DNA from: an uncultured Collinsella sp.
Lineage (GTDB): Bacteria > Actinomycetota > Coriobacteriia > Coriobacteriales > Coriobacteriaceae
Assembly (NCBI GenBank): GCA_902493985.1
Contig: CABURR010000003.1
Location: forward strand, 7,210 to 71,209
Length of the DNA: 64,000 bases
Direction of reading: 5' to 3'
Shown: in pieces, positions 20,203-30,831 of the stretch
How the letters are laid out: each line of letters starts with the position of its first letter
Numbering within the stretch: position 1 is the first letter of the stretch
Translations under genes and position numbers: made by a program
Notes under the pieces: generated by a model
Told to the model about the DNA's origin: nothing
Database searches by the model: none
What the model saw: only the letters and a program-made list of their open reading frames with translations

Positions 20203-20439
20203 CCGTGCAAAAAACGGAGTATTCTGCAACGTGACCGCGCCAGCAATACCCCGAGCGGGCAAACCTTTAGGGCGCTGCGTCATTTTGGGTTCCGACATGG
20301 CGAGAATGACGCGCCCCTGCTCCGGAAAACGACGAAATCTGACTCAGAACGCTCGCTAGGGATATCCGAAAGCCACCGTTGGCGACGTCGAATCATATGC
20401 AGACAACTCGAACTGCAGAATACTCCAAAAAATGCACGG
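20203..20439. repeat. 237-bp segment bounded by 26-bp imperfect inverted repeats (MITE-like)
   Basis: CCGTGCA-N6-GGAGTATTCTGCA (20203-20228) and TGCAGAATACTCC-N6-TGCACGG (20414-20439). Confidence 0.55.
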
Positions 20440-20547
20440 CGCACCCCATAGGACCCATTGCTGCATGGCAGAAAATAGGTCCTCAGCATCCCCCAGATGC
20501 ATTCCCGAGAAAATCACGTTTGAATTAGCGATGGACACGGCAAACAA

Positions 20548-20578
20548 AAGGGCCCGAGCGTTGTTTGCTCGGGCCCTT
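20548..20578 (-). terminator. Terminator hairpin downstream of DEAD helicase
   Basis: AAGGGCCCGAGC-GTTGTTT-GCTCGGGCCCTT. Confidence 0.7.
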
Positions 20579-20610
20579 AGCTTGTCTCACGCTAGCGTGC
20601 GATGTGTATG

Positions 20611-22860
20611 TTACTTGCGCTTGCCGCCGCCGTCACCGGGGCGACGGGAGCTGCCGCCGCGCTTGCCGCCACGGCTGTTGCCATAGCTGCCACGGTTATC
20701 GCGACCGCCGGCACGGCCGCCACGGGAGCCGGCCTGGTTGCCACCACGAGCGCCACGATAGCCGCCACGACGCTCCTCGCGGGTATCGTCGTAGTTGCGC
20801 CAGTCATCGCGACGATCGCGGCTGGCACGCGGGTCACGACGATCGCGCGACTCATTCGAACGACCAGCGCCGCCGCGGCCGCCATTGCCGCGAGCACCCT
20901 CGCGACGCTCGCCGCCGCGGCTACCGCGCTCTTCAAAGCGCTTGCCGCCACGGGACTCACCGCCACGGGCAGCACGCTCACCACGACCCTCGCCGCCGCG
21001 ACGCTCATCACGGCCACCGCGCTCGTCATCACGACCGGAACGACGGCGGTCGCCCGCACCGCGCTTGCCACCGCGCGAACCGCGGCCCTCGTCCTCGCGC
21101 TCGACACGACGACGACCACCGCGATCCCCATCCTCGCGGCGGCGGCGATGTGCCTCGCCCTGGAACTGCTTGGCACGACGCTCGGCACGGTTGCCACGCG
21201 GGGCCTGCTTGACGGCGTCAGCACCGCCGCGCTCCTCGGCAGCAACCTCGCGGGCCACGCTCTCCACGGCCTCGTCCACGCGAGCCTGAACGCCCTCGCG
21301 CACGCGGGTCTTGCCACCGCGCTTGGGACGGCTCGGACGCTCGCCATCGCCACGGCGCTCGTCGCGACCGCGGTTGGAACGACCAGCCACGTCGCCGTAA
21401 TCGTCGCCGTTGCGCTTGCCGTCGCGACGCGCCTGCTCAAGCTTCTTCTTGCTCTTGGACTTGCCGCGCTTGGTCTTCTTCTTCACCTTAAAGGCCGCAG
21501 GATCGCGCTCGGGGTCAACCGCGGGCGGATTGGGGCCCACATGCAGGTCACCGGCCTCGTAGATGTCGGCGGTCTTGTCCATGAGCTTCTCGATCTCGTA
21601 GAACTCATCGACATCCTGCTCGGTCACAAACGTGATGGCCCAGCCCAGCTCGCCGGCGCGGCCCGTGCGGCCAATGCGGTGGATGTAGTCGGTCGGCTCG
21701 GCCGGCACGTCAAAGTTCACGACGTAGCGCACGTCGCTAATGTCGATGCCGCGGGCAAGCACGTCGGTTGCCACCAGCACGTCAACGGTACCGTCGCGGA
21801 AGGCCGAAAGGGCACGCTCGCGCTGGGCCTGGCTGCGGTTGCCGTGAATCGCGGCGGCCTTGATGCCCTTGCGCTCCAGACGACGGCAGCAGCTGTCGGC
21901 GCGGTGCTTGGTGCGCATAAAGACGATAGTGCGCTCCGGGCCCTCCTTCTTGAGGAACTCGGGCAGCAGGTTGTTTTTGGCCTCGATGGACACCGGGAAC
22001 ACAAATTGGTCGACGGTGTCGGCGGTCGACGTGGCAGGTGCGATCTCCACGCGAGCCGGGTCGCTCACCAGGTCGGTGATCTCGCCCACGGCCTCCTCGT
22101 CGAGGGTCGCCGAGAACAGCAGCGTCTGACGCTCGGCCGGCGTCTCGCGCACAATGCGCCGGACGGCGGGCAAAAAGCCCATGTCGAGCATACGGTCGGC
22201 CTCGTCGAGCACCAGGACCTTAACCTCGTCAAGGTGGCAGGCGCCCTGCTCGATCAGATCGACCAGACGGCCCGGCGTTGCGACCAGGATGTCGCAGCCG
22301 TACTTAAGTGCCGCGGTCTGCGGCTTGTAGCTCACGCCGCCCACGACGGTCACGGCAACATGGCCGGTGACGTCGGCGATTTTGCTTGCGACCTCGTCGA
22401 TCTGCTGGGCGAGCTCGCGCGTGGGGGTGATGACGAGCATCACGGGGCCGCGGCCGTTGCCCTCGGGCTTCTTGGCACCGCGACGGCGGTTGCGGCCGCC
22501 GCGCTCGCGCACGGGCTTGGGCGGAGCGATGTGCTCCAGATTGTTCATGGTCGGCAGCAAAAAGGCGGCCGTCTTGCCGGTGCCGGTCTGAGCGGCGGCA
22601 AGCAGGTCGCGGCCCTCGAGCACCACGGGGATCGAACCGGCCTGCACGGGCGTCGGCGCCGTGTAGCCCAGGTTCTCGATAGCACGGAGCATCTCGTCGG
22701 AAAGGCCCAGCTCGTCAAAGGCGGGCAGGCTCTCGGTAGCGGACTCGACGGCCTGGGCAGCATTGGCCTCATCGGCGGCATCGAAGGCAGCCTGGGTCAT
22801 GGCCTCGCGGGCCTCGTCCAGAATCTCGGCGTCCGTGACGTCGGATACAGAATTACGCAT
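20611..22860 (-). CDS. DEAD-box RNA helicase with long Arg/Gly-rich C-terminal tail
   Basis: Q motif, AQTGTGKT, PTRELA, DEAD, SAT, HRIGRTGR. Confidence 0.93.
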   Translation of the reverse strand: MRNSVSDVTDAEILDEAREAMTQAAFDAADEANAAQAVESATESLPAFDELGLSDEMLRAIENLGYTAPTPVQAGSIPVVLEGRDLLAAAQTGTGKTAAFLLPTMNNLEHIAPPKPVRERGGRNRRRGAKKPEGNGRGPVMLVITPTRELAQQIDEVASKIADVTGHVAVTVVGGVSYKPQTAALKYGCDILVATPGRLVDLIEQGACHLDEVKVLVLDEADRMLDMGFLPAVRRIVRETPAERQTLLFSATLDEEAVGEITDLVSDPARVEIAPATSTADTVDQFVFPVSIEAKNNLLPEFLKKEGPERTIVFMRTKHRADSCCRRLERKGIKAAAIHGNRSQAQRERALSAFRDGTVDVLVATDVLARGIDISDVRYVVNFDVPAEPTDYIHRIGRTGRAGELGWAITFVTEQDVDEFYEIEKLMDKTADIYEAGDLHVGPNPPAVDPERDPAAFKVKKKTKRGKSKSKKKLEQARRDGKRNGDDYGDVAGRSNRGRDERRGDGERPSRPKRGGKTRVREGVQARVDEAVESVAREVAAEERGGADAVKQAPRGNRAERRAKQFQGEAHRRRREDGDRGGRRRVEREDEGRGSRGGKRGAGDRRRSGRDDERGGRDERRGGEGRGERAARGGESRGGKRFEERGSRGGERREGARGNGGRGGAGRSNESRDRRDPRASRDRRDDWRNYDDTREERRGGYRGARGGNQAGSRGGRAGGRDNRGSYGNSRGGKRGGSSRRPGDGGGKRK

Positions 22861-23130
22861 ATGTTGTTGTTCCTTATCTGCACGCGCTATGGGCACGGCA
22901 TGCGGCCGCGCGGGCGTGCTTGGTAGTGCGCTAATACATACAAAAACGGGTGCGCACAGAGAGGACGTTGCTCAGCACGCTGGCGATCGCTTTGGCAGCC
23001 CTATCACGCGCCGTCCAGACGCAGCAGCTCTAAGCGATGGAGCAGATTCGCCGCCGGTTAGTATACCCGTGCTTCGCATGCCCCCACGTAAACCACAGAT
23101 GACGAGGCGGACGAGGTGGGCCCGGCTGAT

Positions 23131-23269
23131 TGTCTCAATCTGTAACATCTACAGGGCGAATCTTCCTCTACGTGTTACAGATCGAGACAAACGGTCGACA
23201 CGGTTCACAAGCGTCTCAATCTGTAACAATTACCGAGTAAAATCGGTCCAAATGTTACAGATCAAGACA
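23131..23269. repeat. Two tandem 59/58-bp palindromic units (family A)
   Basis: 23131-23189 and 23212-23269; arms (T/C)GTCTCAATCTGTAACA and TGTTACAGATC(G/A)AGACA. Confidence 0.9.
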
Positions 23270-23446
23270 GAGGGGGATTTCCGTCCAGTCCAAACCAAAT
23301 CCCTCAGTCTTCCTGCAATTTCGAACATGTGGCCTATAATGTTGCTTTGGTTACGCTATATATTGCGCAGCCATTTAATACGTCGCCCACCGGGGCCATT
23401 AATTCCTATCGCCATATTGGCTAGGAAGCAATCAAAGGAGGTATCC

Positions 23447-24409
23447 GTGGCAGCAGAGACGCCTTGCTCGGTCCTCTATAACGATATTCGCTCGTTCGGC
23501 GGTCTTAAACATCTCGAGATCGCCCGAATGCTCATCAATGGAAACTCTTATCTCGGCAGTACCCTGCTCGAGAAATGCTCTTCCAACCGCTCGTATCTCA
23601 CCCGTTACATCGTCCATCGCAAGCCTGACCAGTGCGCGCCCTCCATCTACAGCGACTTTACCGTCACCACGCTCAACCTTTCCGCGGCAATCTGCAGCAA
23701 GCTCGGCGGCGGCGAGTCCGCCTATCGGGCAATCGCCGAGCACTATCGCGGTCCGGCCGCCAACGAAATGATGTCGGCTCTCGCCAGCTACAAGCTGGAC
23801 AGCCGCCTATATGCAAATGCCCTCAATCGCATCGACAACTTTGACGGCAATGCCGTGCGCGAAAAAAGCACGCTCTTCTTGATGCTCTTTGTAGCAACGG
23901 GGGCGCTCGCCGATCCCGTTCAGGGCGTGGCCACCGTCGAGCGCTTTTGCGACAGCAAGACGGGCGGGCACTTTGGCACCACCGAAACTACCGTCGGACG
24001 TGGCTTTATGAGCAGCCTGGAGCAGCCGCACACCGTCGCTCCCAACCTCGGTCTGCTCAGAACCCATGCCGACAACTGCGCCGACATGCAAATCCATCCC
24101 CTCACACGCGATCCGCGCGGCACCGTGATTGGTTCTTTGCCCAAAACCTCGCCCAGCATCACCGATGTAGGCGCCGACGCCTCGCGCGAGCATCTTCGCA
24201 TTTGGCTCGAGGGTGAGCACTGGTACGCCCAGGGCCTTGGATCGACCAACGGCACAGTGCTCGAATCGGGCGCGGGCGACGGCGATATTGTGATTGAGCC
24301 GCCGCGCGACCAACGCGAGCCCGGCAAAGTCTATCCCCCCGTGGAAATCGCCAACAGCGACAGGCTCCATCTGGGTCTCTACACAACATTTCTCGTCATT
24401 GTGGACTAG
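23447..24409 (+). CDS. Protein with C-terminal FHA domain
   Basis: AAGGAGG RBS + GTG; IG...ASREH...GLGSTNGT...DRLHLG FHA motifs. Confidence 0.8.
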   Translation: MAAETPCSVLYNDIRSFGGLKHLEIARMLINGNSYLGSTLLEKCSSNRSYLTRYIVHRKPDQCAPSIYSDFTVTTLNLSAAICSKLGGGESAYRAIAEHYRGPAANEMMSALASYKLDSRLYANALNRIDNFDGNAVREKSTLFLMLFVATGALADPVQGVATVERFCDSKTGGHFGTTETTVGRGFMSSLEQPHTVAPNLGLLRTHADNCADMQIHPLTRDPRGTVIGSLPKTSPSITDVGADASREHLRIWLEGEHWYAQGLGSTNGTVLESGAGDGDIVIEPPRDQREPGKVYPPVEIANSDRLHLGLYTTFLVIVD

Positions 24410-24580
24410 CACGGACGGCGATCGGAAGACGGTCGCCGTCCGTCTTTCGTCTTCTACCTTCTGCGTCGTAAACGACAATACTCAACGGTACACGTGAGCA
24501 GTGCGGCTATCATGGTACTTTACCGATATCCGCACTGCTCACGTGTACGCGCGGCAACCCATGCCAGACAAAGGAACGCC

Positions 24581-26665
24581 ATGGATACTACCGATAGCGC
24601 CTATGGCGACAAACTCATCCGTCTCGATACGTTCGACACCGCCGTGGCGGTCGACCCCAGTGCCGAGGACGACGCCAAGCGTCGGTTTATGACGCTTATT
24701 CTCCAGACGGCCCACCGCAACAACGGCAACATCGGGCACGTGCTTCGCGCGACCAACACAAGCGGCGAGGTCTTTGCCGTCAAGCTACTCAAGGACAACG
24801 CCATCCTTTCCGGCCAAGCCCCCGACCGCTCCGCCGAGCAATCGGCAGCGCACCTGGCCAACACCGCTGCGCTGTTCGAGGAGTACCGTCATCTGTGTAC
24901 CGTCTCGCACCTGCGCGGATTTCCGCGCGTCTATGGCTACGGATCGTGCGAGGATGACCCGCTCATCCTCATGGAGTGGGTCGAGGGCACCTCACTCAAG
25001 CAGGCGCTGCCCCTGCTTCCTCACGACGCCTCGGGCGGGCTGACCACCCAGATGGTCGCCGCCGTCGGAAACGCCGTGCTTCGTGCGCTCTTGATGACCC
25101 AAGGCCTCGTAAATCCGGTCGTCCATCGCGACCTGTCGCCCGCCAACATTATGTTCCGTACCACCAGTCGAACGCTCGAGCAGCAGATCGTCGATTGCTC
25201 CTTTGACCCCTGCCTCATCGACATGGGCTCCGCGACCATAGCCCTCGGCGATGACACGATCACCCGGCGCGCCGACATCTGGCGCTTTGCCACGCCCGCA
25301 TACGCCGCGCCCGAGATGCTCACGCAGGATATCGAAGGCATCGCGGCCCTTCGCCGCTCGCCCGCCATCGATGTCTACGCGCTTTCGAGCATTCTGTACC
25401 AGCTCTACAGCGGTCGCAAGCCGTTCGATGTCGAGTCGACGGGTGCCGCGGCAACCGGCTCGTTCTACCTCAAAAAGACCAAGACCAAGCCGGCGCCGCT
25501 CGAGCCGCGCTGCAAGGACGATGAAGCGCTCGTCCAGATCATCATGAAAGGCATCTCAGTCGAGCAGTGCGATCGTCCCACCGAGCAGCAGATGCTCGAG
25601 GTGCTCTCGGCATACCTCACCGATGCCGAATCCGAGGGCCGCGAAGGCGCAGGAGACGAGGCCGCGATTGATATCGATTCTGGCACGCACCTTAAGGTCG
25701 ACGTCGCCGGCGAGCGCGCGCGAGAGATCCTGGAGCAGGCCCGGCACGATGCCATGACCCGCCGCCGCTTTATTATCGGTGGCGTTGTCGCAGCCGTTGC
25801 GGGGCTTGGCGTTATCGGGGCGGCAACCCATGGCTTTGGCATCCCCGACTACCTGGACGGCATCCGCGGTTCACTTGACGACTACACCTGGGATCAGCTG
25901 CAGGAGATTTCGCTCAAGATTAAGGCCGCCGAGACCCGTAGCGAGGCACGCGAGATTGCCAAGCGCTATCATCTGCTCGATGCCGATGGGCATATCCCCT
26001 ATCCGTGTACCAAGCGCGTGAAACTCACCAACGGGCTGGAGGTCGGCGCGCAGCTTGTGGGCATCCGTCACGATGAGCTTCTGGACGGGACGGGCAAGGC
26101 CGGACTGACGTTTATGTTCGACGCGGGTATTGCCGAGCGCAACGCTGCGGCTGAACCGCCGAGCGCCGGCTGGGCAGTTTGCGAGCTGCGGGAATGGCTC
26201 GACGGCGACGGCCTTAAGCTGCTGCCCAACAAGTTGCGCGCGCTCATCAAATCTGTCAAAAAGGTCTCGAATAACGCTGGCGCCGCCAACAGTGCATCGT
26301 GTCTGAGCGAGTTGCCCGCAACCCTTTGGCTGCCCGCCATGGTCGAGCTGTGCGGTACGCAACCGCCCGATTCGTTTGCCAAGGACTATCACTACCTGGC
26401 AGAAATCTACAACGGCGAGGGCAAGGAGTATCAGCTCTTCCGCGAGCTCAAGGTGAGCCCGTATTCCACGAACGAGACGATGGTCCGCCAGTGGAAGGGC
26501 AAGGACACCTGCTGGTGGGAGCGCACGGTGAGCCCCGACTCATCGGAGACCGAAGGCACGCTCTACATAAACCGTGTGGGCCACGACGGCGACGTCTTTA
26601 CGTACGCAACGCCTGCGGAAAAGCCAAACAAGCTAACCTGTGTGATTCCCGGGTTCTGTATCTAG
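24581..26665 (+). CDS. Membrane Hanks-type Ser/Thr kinase with C-terminal DUF6273-like domain
   Basis: FAVK, MEWVEG, HRDLSPAN, IDMG, TPAYAAPE, DVYAL; TM segment; C-terminal LREWL...LWLP...WWERT...PGFCI. Confidence 0.85.
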   Translation: MDTTDSAYGDKLIRLDTFDTAVAVDPSAEDDAKRRFMTLILQTAHRNNGNIGHVLRATNTSGEVFAVKLLKDNAILSGQAPDRSAEQSAAHLANTAALFEEYRHLCTVSHLRGFPRVYGYGSCEDDPLILMEWVEGTSLKQALPLLPHDASGGLTTQMVAAVGNAVLRALLMTQGLVNPVVHRDLSPANIMFRTTSRTLEQQIVDCSFDPCLIDMGSATIALGDDTITRRADIWRFATPAYAAPEMLTQDIEGIAALRRSPAIDVYALSSILYQLYSGRKPFDVESTGAAATGSFYLKKTKTKPAPLEPRCKDDEALVQIIMKGISVEQCDRPTEQQMLEVLSAYLTDAESEGREGAGDEAAIDIDSGTHLKVDVAGERAREILEQARHDAMTRRRFIIGGVVAAVAGLGVIGAATHGFGIPDYLDGIRGSLDDYTWDQLQEISLKIKAAETRSEAREIAKRYHLLDADGHIPYPCTKRVKLTNGLEVGAQLVGIRHDELLDGTGKAGLTFMFDAGIAERNAAAEPPSAGWAVCELREWLDGDGLKLLPNKLRALIKSVKKVSNNAGAANSASCLSELPATLWLPAMVELCGTQPPDSFAKDYHYLAEIYNGEGKEYQLFRELKVSPYSTNETMVRQWKGKDTCWWERTVSPDSSETEGTLYINRVGHDGDVFTYATPAEKPNKLTCVIPGFCI

Positions 26666-26706
26666 GCGGCGGGCGTCTTGCCGTGACGGGACCCCTCCCC
26701 GGCAGT

Positions 26707-26926
26707 TGTCTCGATTTGTAACACTAGCTCGGCAGATACAGGTCTAGATGCTACAGAACGAGACAAACCCCAATCCCGCGAGACAACATCTCAATCTGTA
26801 ACAGTAAGGGGTCAAAAACCTCTCTAGATGTTACAGATCAAGACATTTGAGTTGGCCACGGACGGTCTGTCTCGATCTGTAACAGTTATTCGACAAAATC
26901 GGGTCTAGTTGTTACAGATTGAGACA
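26707..26926. repeat. Three tandem 59-bp palindromic units (family A)
   Basis: 26707-26765, 26787-26845, 26868-26926; period 80-81 bp. Confidence 0.9.
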
Positions 26927-27003
26927 TTAGACCGGCTACGGCCCGCCGACCTGGCCATCAGCTCAACCAATAACGAAATGTCATACATTTCAATCTCCAC
27001 TGG

Positions 27004-27020
27004 ACACCCCCAGGGGGTAT
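27004..27020 (+). promoter_or_regulatory. CsoR-type operator
   Basis: ACACCCCCAGGGGGTAT C/G-tract pseudo-palindrome upstream of copA; csoR is in the cluster. Confidence 0.65.
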
Positions 27021-27078
27021 GGGTGTATAGTATCAGCAGGTTAACAATTCCAACACCGAACCACAGAAAGGAGAAGCC

Positions 27079-29418
27079 ATGGCTCAAGATAAGTTTGACG
27101 TGGGCGGCATGACGTGCGCGGCGTGCCAAGCGCACGTGGACCGTGCCGTCAGCAAACTCGACGGCGTCCAAAGTGTCGCGGTCAATCTGCTCGCCGGCTC
27201 TATGCTGGTGGACTACGACCCTGCGCAGGTCTCCCCCGACGACATTTGCACCGCTGTCGACCGCGCGGGCTACTCGGCCTCGCCCGTCAGCACGGGCATC
27301 GACGCCTCCCAAAACGGCAGTACGCAAGCCAGGTCCGGCACCGCCCATATGGAGTCGCCCACCAAAAAGCTGGAGGCCGCCGCCTCCGCCATGCGCACCC
27401 GCCTCATCGTCTCGATCGTATTCCTCATCCCACTGTTCTACATAGGCATGGGGCACATGCTCGGTTGGCCACTGCCCGGCGTCTTCACCGACCACACCCA
27501 CAGCATGACGTTCGCGCTCACCGAGCTCGTCCTGCTCATTCCCATCGTCTACGTCAACGACGCATACTTTATCAACGGGTTTAAATCGCTTGCGCACGGC
27601 GCGCCTACCATGGACGCCCTTATTGCCGTGGGCGCCACTGCTTCCATCGCCTGGTCGCTCTACGCCATGTTCATCATGGCCGACCAGCTAGCCGCGGGTC
27701 AGGTCCACGAGGCCATGATGACGGGCATGGACAACCTGTATTTTGAGAGCGCCGGCACAATCCTGTCGCTCGTCACCGTGGGCAAATATCTCGAGACACG
27801 CAGCAAATCCAAGACCGGCGGCGCCATCGAGGCGCTCATCGACTTGGCGCCCAAGACCGCGACCGTCGTGGCAGAGGACGGCACCGAAACCACCGTCGAT
27901 GTCGACGCCATCCTTCCCGGCCAGGTCCTGCGCGTGCGCCCCGGCGAGTCCATCCCCGTCGATGGCGTGGTGCTCGAGGGCAGCTCGGCCGTGGACGAGA
28001 GCGCGCTCACCGGCGAGTCCATCCCCGTGGAGAAGACCGCCGGCGACACTGTCAATGCGGTCACGGTCAACCGCACGGGCTCGTTTACCTTCCGCGCCAC
28101 GCGTGTGGGCGCCGACACGTCGCTCGCCAAGATTATCCAGCTCGTCGAGGACGCCAACGCCACCAAGGCGCCCATCGCCCGCATGGCCGACAAGGTCGCC
28201 GGCGTGTTCGTGCCCGTAGTATTCGCGATCTCGGCCGTGACCTTTGTGGCGTGGATGGTGCTGACCGGAAGCGTCAACGAAGCGCTTACCTCCGCCGTCG
28301 CCGTGCTGGTGATCAGCTGCCCGTGCGCGCTGGGCCTGGCCACGCCCGTCGCCATTATGGTCGGCACCGGCAAGGGCGCCGAGATGGGCATTCTCTTTAA
28401 GAGCGCCGAGGCGCTGGAGAACCTGCGCAGCGTGGGCACCGTGGTGCTCGATAAGACGGGCACGGTCACCCGCGGCAAGCCTGCCGTGACCGATATCGTG
28501 GTAGCCACGCGCGCTGACGGCTCGCCCGCCATGAGCGAAAAGGCGCTGCTCAAGTTGGCCGCCGCGCTGGAACGCTCAAGCGAGCACCCGCTGGCCGAGG
28601 CGATTATGGCCGAGTGCGAGACACGCGGGATCGTCGCGCGCATGGTCGAGGACTTTGCCGCCGTGCCCGGACGAGGCGTTACGGCGCGCGAGGGGCAAAA
28701 CGCCATTGCAGCCGGCAACGTACGCCTGATGGACGAGCTGGGCGTTACCGTGCCCGCGGGTCTTGCCGAACAATTTGCCGCCGAGGGCAAGACGCCGCTG
28801 TTCTTTGCCAAGAACGGCGAGCTTGCCGGCACCATTGCCGTGGCTGACGAGGTCAAGGAGACGAGCGCCGGGGCCATCGCCGCACTGCGCTCGCTTGGCG
28901 TCGACGTGCGCATGCTCACCGGCGACAACCGCGTGACGGCCGAGGCCATCGCCCGCCGCGTGGGACTGAACAGCAAGCAGGTCATCGCCGACGTCCTCCC
29001 CGCCGACAAGGAACGCCACGTGCGCGAGCTGCAGGATGCGGGCAGCATGGTTGCCATGGTGGGCGACGGCATCAACGACTCCCCCGCCCTGGCGCGCGCC
29101 GACGTGGGCCTTGCCATCGGCACCGGCGCAGACATCGCCAAGGAGGGCGCCGACGTGGTACTCATGCGCAGCGACCTCATGGACGTCGCCCGCGCCATCG
29201 AGCTTTCGCGCGCCACGATCCGCAACATCAAGCAGGACCTGTTCTGGGCGCTGTTCTACAACGGCATCGGCATTCCGCTGGCGGCGGGCGTGTTCTTCCC
29301 GCTCACTGGGTGGCAGCTCTCGCCGATGTTTGGCGCCGCGGCGATGAGCCTGTCGAGCGTCTGCGTCGTGTCCAATGCCCTGCGCTTAAAATCCTTTATG
29401 CCTAAAGTGGCAAAATAG
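27079..29418 (+). CDS. copA: Cu(I)-translocating P1B-ATPase
   Basis: [35 protein letters not shown] and MSLSS. Confidence 0.93.
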   Translation: MAQDKFDVGGMTCAACQAHVDRAVSKLDGVQSVAVNLLAGSMLVDYDPAQVSPDDICTAVDRAGYSASPVSTGIDASQNGSTQARSGTAHMESPTKKLEAAASAMRTRLIVSIVFLIPLFYIGMGHMLGWPLPGVFTDHTHSMTFALTELVLLIPIVYVNDAYFINGFKSLAHGAPTMDALIAVGATASIAWSLYAMFIMADQLAAGQVHEAMMTGMDNLYFESAGTILSLVTVGKYLETRSKSKTGGAIEALIDLAPKTATVVAEDGTETTVDVDAILPGQVLRVRPGESIPVDGVVLEGSSAVDESALTGESIPVEKTAGDTVNAVTVNRTGSFTFRATRVGADTSLAKIIQLVEDANATKAPIARMADKVAGVFVPVVFAISAVTFVAWMVLTGSVNEALTSAVAVLVISCPCALGLATPVAIMVGTGKGAEMGILFKSAEALENLRSVGTVVLDKTGTVTRGKPAVTDIVVATRADGSPAMSEKALLKLAAALERSSEHPLAEAIMAECETRGIVARMVEDFAAVPGRGVTAREGQNAIAAGNVRLMDELGVTVPAGLAEQFAAEGKTPLFFAKNGELAGTIAVADEVKETSAGAIAALRSLGVDVRMLTGDNRVTAEAIARRVGLNSKQVIADVLPADKERHVRELQDAGSMVAMVGDGINDSPALARADVGLAIGTGADIAKEGADVVLMRSDLMDVARAIELSRATIRNIKQDLFWALFYNGIGIPLAAGVFFPLTGWQLSPMFGAAAMSLSSVCVVSNALRLKSFMPKVAK

Positions 29419-29565
29419 GATCACTATTACGTTCATTTAGAACGGGTTTTCCAGGTACCCGAGATTGACCTGAAAGAGGAGCGACGCGTGCTTTGGTACG
29501 CGAGCGACGGTTTGAAGGTCAAGGTCGGGTGCCTGGGAAAGCCGACACAACAGAGAGGAATACCC

Positions 29566-29787
29566 ATGCGTTACACGATCAAGACTTCCGGCCTTATGTG
29601 CGGCCACTGCGATGCCACCGTCGAGACGGCGCTGCTCAACGTGGCCGGCGTGACCGACGCCGACGCCGATCACGAGACCCAGACCGTCCAGGTTGAGTGC
29701 GCCGACACCGTAACCGCCGAGCAACTCGCCGCCGCTGTCGAGGCCGCGGGCGAGAAATTCCACGCCCTGTCTGTGACCGCCGCGTAG
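29566..29787 (+). CDS. copZ: Copper chaperone (HMA domain)
   Basis: GLMCGHC; GAGGA RBS. Confidence 0.8.
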   Translation: MRYTIKTSGLMCGHCDATVETALLNVAGVTDADADHETQTVQVECADTVTAEQLAAAVEAAGEKFHALSVTAA

Positions 29788-29831
29788 CGACCTGAACGCA
29801 CCCCTCCCCCGACCAGAAACGAGGACCCGCC

Positions 29832-30104
29832 ATGATGGCAGACCATAAATCGGTGACCCGTATGCTCAAGACGGCACGCGGACAGATCGACGGCATCCTG
29901 CGAATGGTCGAGGAGGACCGTTACTGCGTCGACATCTCCACGCAGCTCATGGCAACACAGGCGCTCCTCGCGCGCATTAACGCCGACGTGCTCAAGGCGC
30001 ATATCGAGGGCTGCGTGACTTCGGCAATCGAATCGGGCGACGAAGACCTCAAAGCCGCCAAGCTCGCCGAAATCGAACGCGTCGTCGACAAGCTCTCCAA
30101 GTAA
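29832..30104 (+). CDS. csoR: Copper-sensing repressor
   Basis: GQIDGI..M....YC.D...Q, HIEGC. Confidence 0.88.
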   Translation: MMADHKSVTRMLKTARGQIDGILRMVEEDRYCVDISTQLMATQALLARINADVLKAHIEGCVTSAIESGDEDLKAAKLAEIERVVDKLSK

Positions 30105-30114
30105 TTGGGGCATT

Positions 30115-30195
30115 GGGGACAGACTTCTTTGCACCGTCTTGGTATTCCGGGGACAGGTATGTTTGCACCACATTGGTGCAGATTAACCTGTCCCC
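30115..30195. repeat. GGGGAC-headed REP-like cluster
   Basis: GGGGACAGACTTCTTTGCACC, GGGGACAGGTATGTTTGCACCA and inverted TGGTGCAGATTAACCTGTCCCC. Confidence 0.7.
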
Positions 30196-30250
30196 CTTGC
30201 TCTAAATCGGGTATAAAGGCGTGCAGCATATCGAACGAAAGGCAATTTGC

Positions 30251-30724
30251 ATGAATGACTTTATGAAGGGTCGCAATGGTGCCGATGAACTCACCATCGT
30301 GATGGGTTTTGCCGGCATCGTCATCGCGATGATCGGATCGATAGCCCGCATCCAGTGGCTCAGCTGGATTGCCATCGCCGTAATCGTGATTGGCGTGCTG
30401 CGCGGCCTGTCCAAAAATATCGACGCACGTCACAAGGAGAACGAGGCCTTTGTCGCCGCGACTGCAAACGTACCCGGCTTGGGCAAGTTTGTAGCTAGCT
30501 TGGGCGGCGGAGCTGCAGCGGCCAACGCCTCGCGCGCAGCCGGTACTAGCAAGGAAGACTTTGAACGTGCCAAGCGCACAGCCAAGAAGATGTGGAAGGG
30601 CCGCAAGACCACGGCCTATCTCAAGTGCCCCAACTGCGGCCAGATGCTCTCCGTTCCCAAGGGCAAAGGCAAGATCCGCGTCACCTGCCCCAAGTGCCAT
30701 GCCAAGATGGAGACGCGCTCATAG
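30251..30724 (+). CDS. Membrane protein with C-terminal zinc ribbon
   Basis: FMKGRNGADEL, two TM helices, CPNC...CPKC. Confidence 0.8.
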   Translation: MNDFMKGRNGADELTIVMGFAGIVIAMIGSIARIQWLSWIAIAVIVIGVLRGLSKNIDARHKENEAFVAATANVPGLGKFVASLGGGAAAANASRAAGTSKEDFERAKRTAKKMWKGRKTTAYLKCPNCGQMLSVPKGKGKIRVTCPKCHAKMETRS

Positions 30725-30831
30725 CCGCCATACCATGGGACAAATAAAAGCCGAGGCCTCGCACTGGGACCTCGGCTTTTTCTGATTATGACAAAAGGAT
30801 TGTCCCTTTGTCGCATCGCCATATCGCGCGC

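Noticed and set aside
22763..23446. N-terminal 228 aa of the 548-aa ORF
   Set aside because: It overlaps the helicase start and runs through the repeat array; the strong RBS supports GTG 23447.
26707..26926. Family A array as a CRISPR array
   Set aside because: Repeats alternate in inverted orientation, spacers resemble one another, units also occur singly, and there are no cas genes or leader.
25900..26930. Diversity-generating retroelement targeting the kinase C-terminus
   Set aside because: No reverse transcriptase and no template-repeat copy of the 3' end seen in the window.
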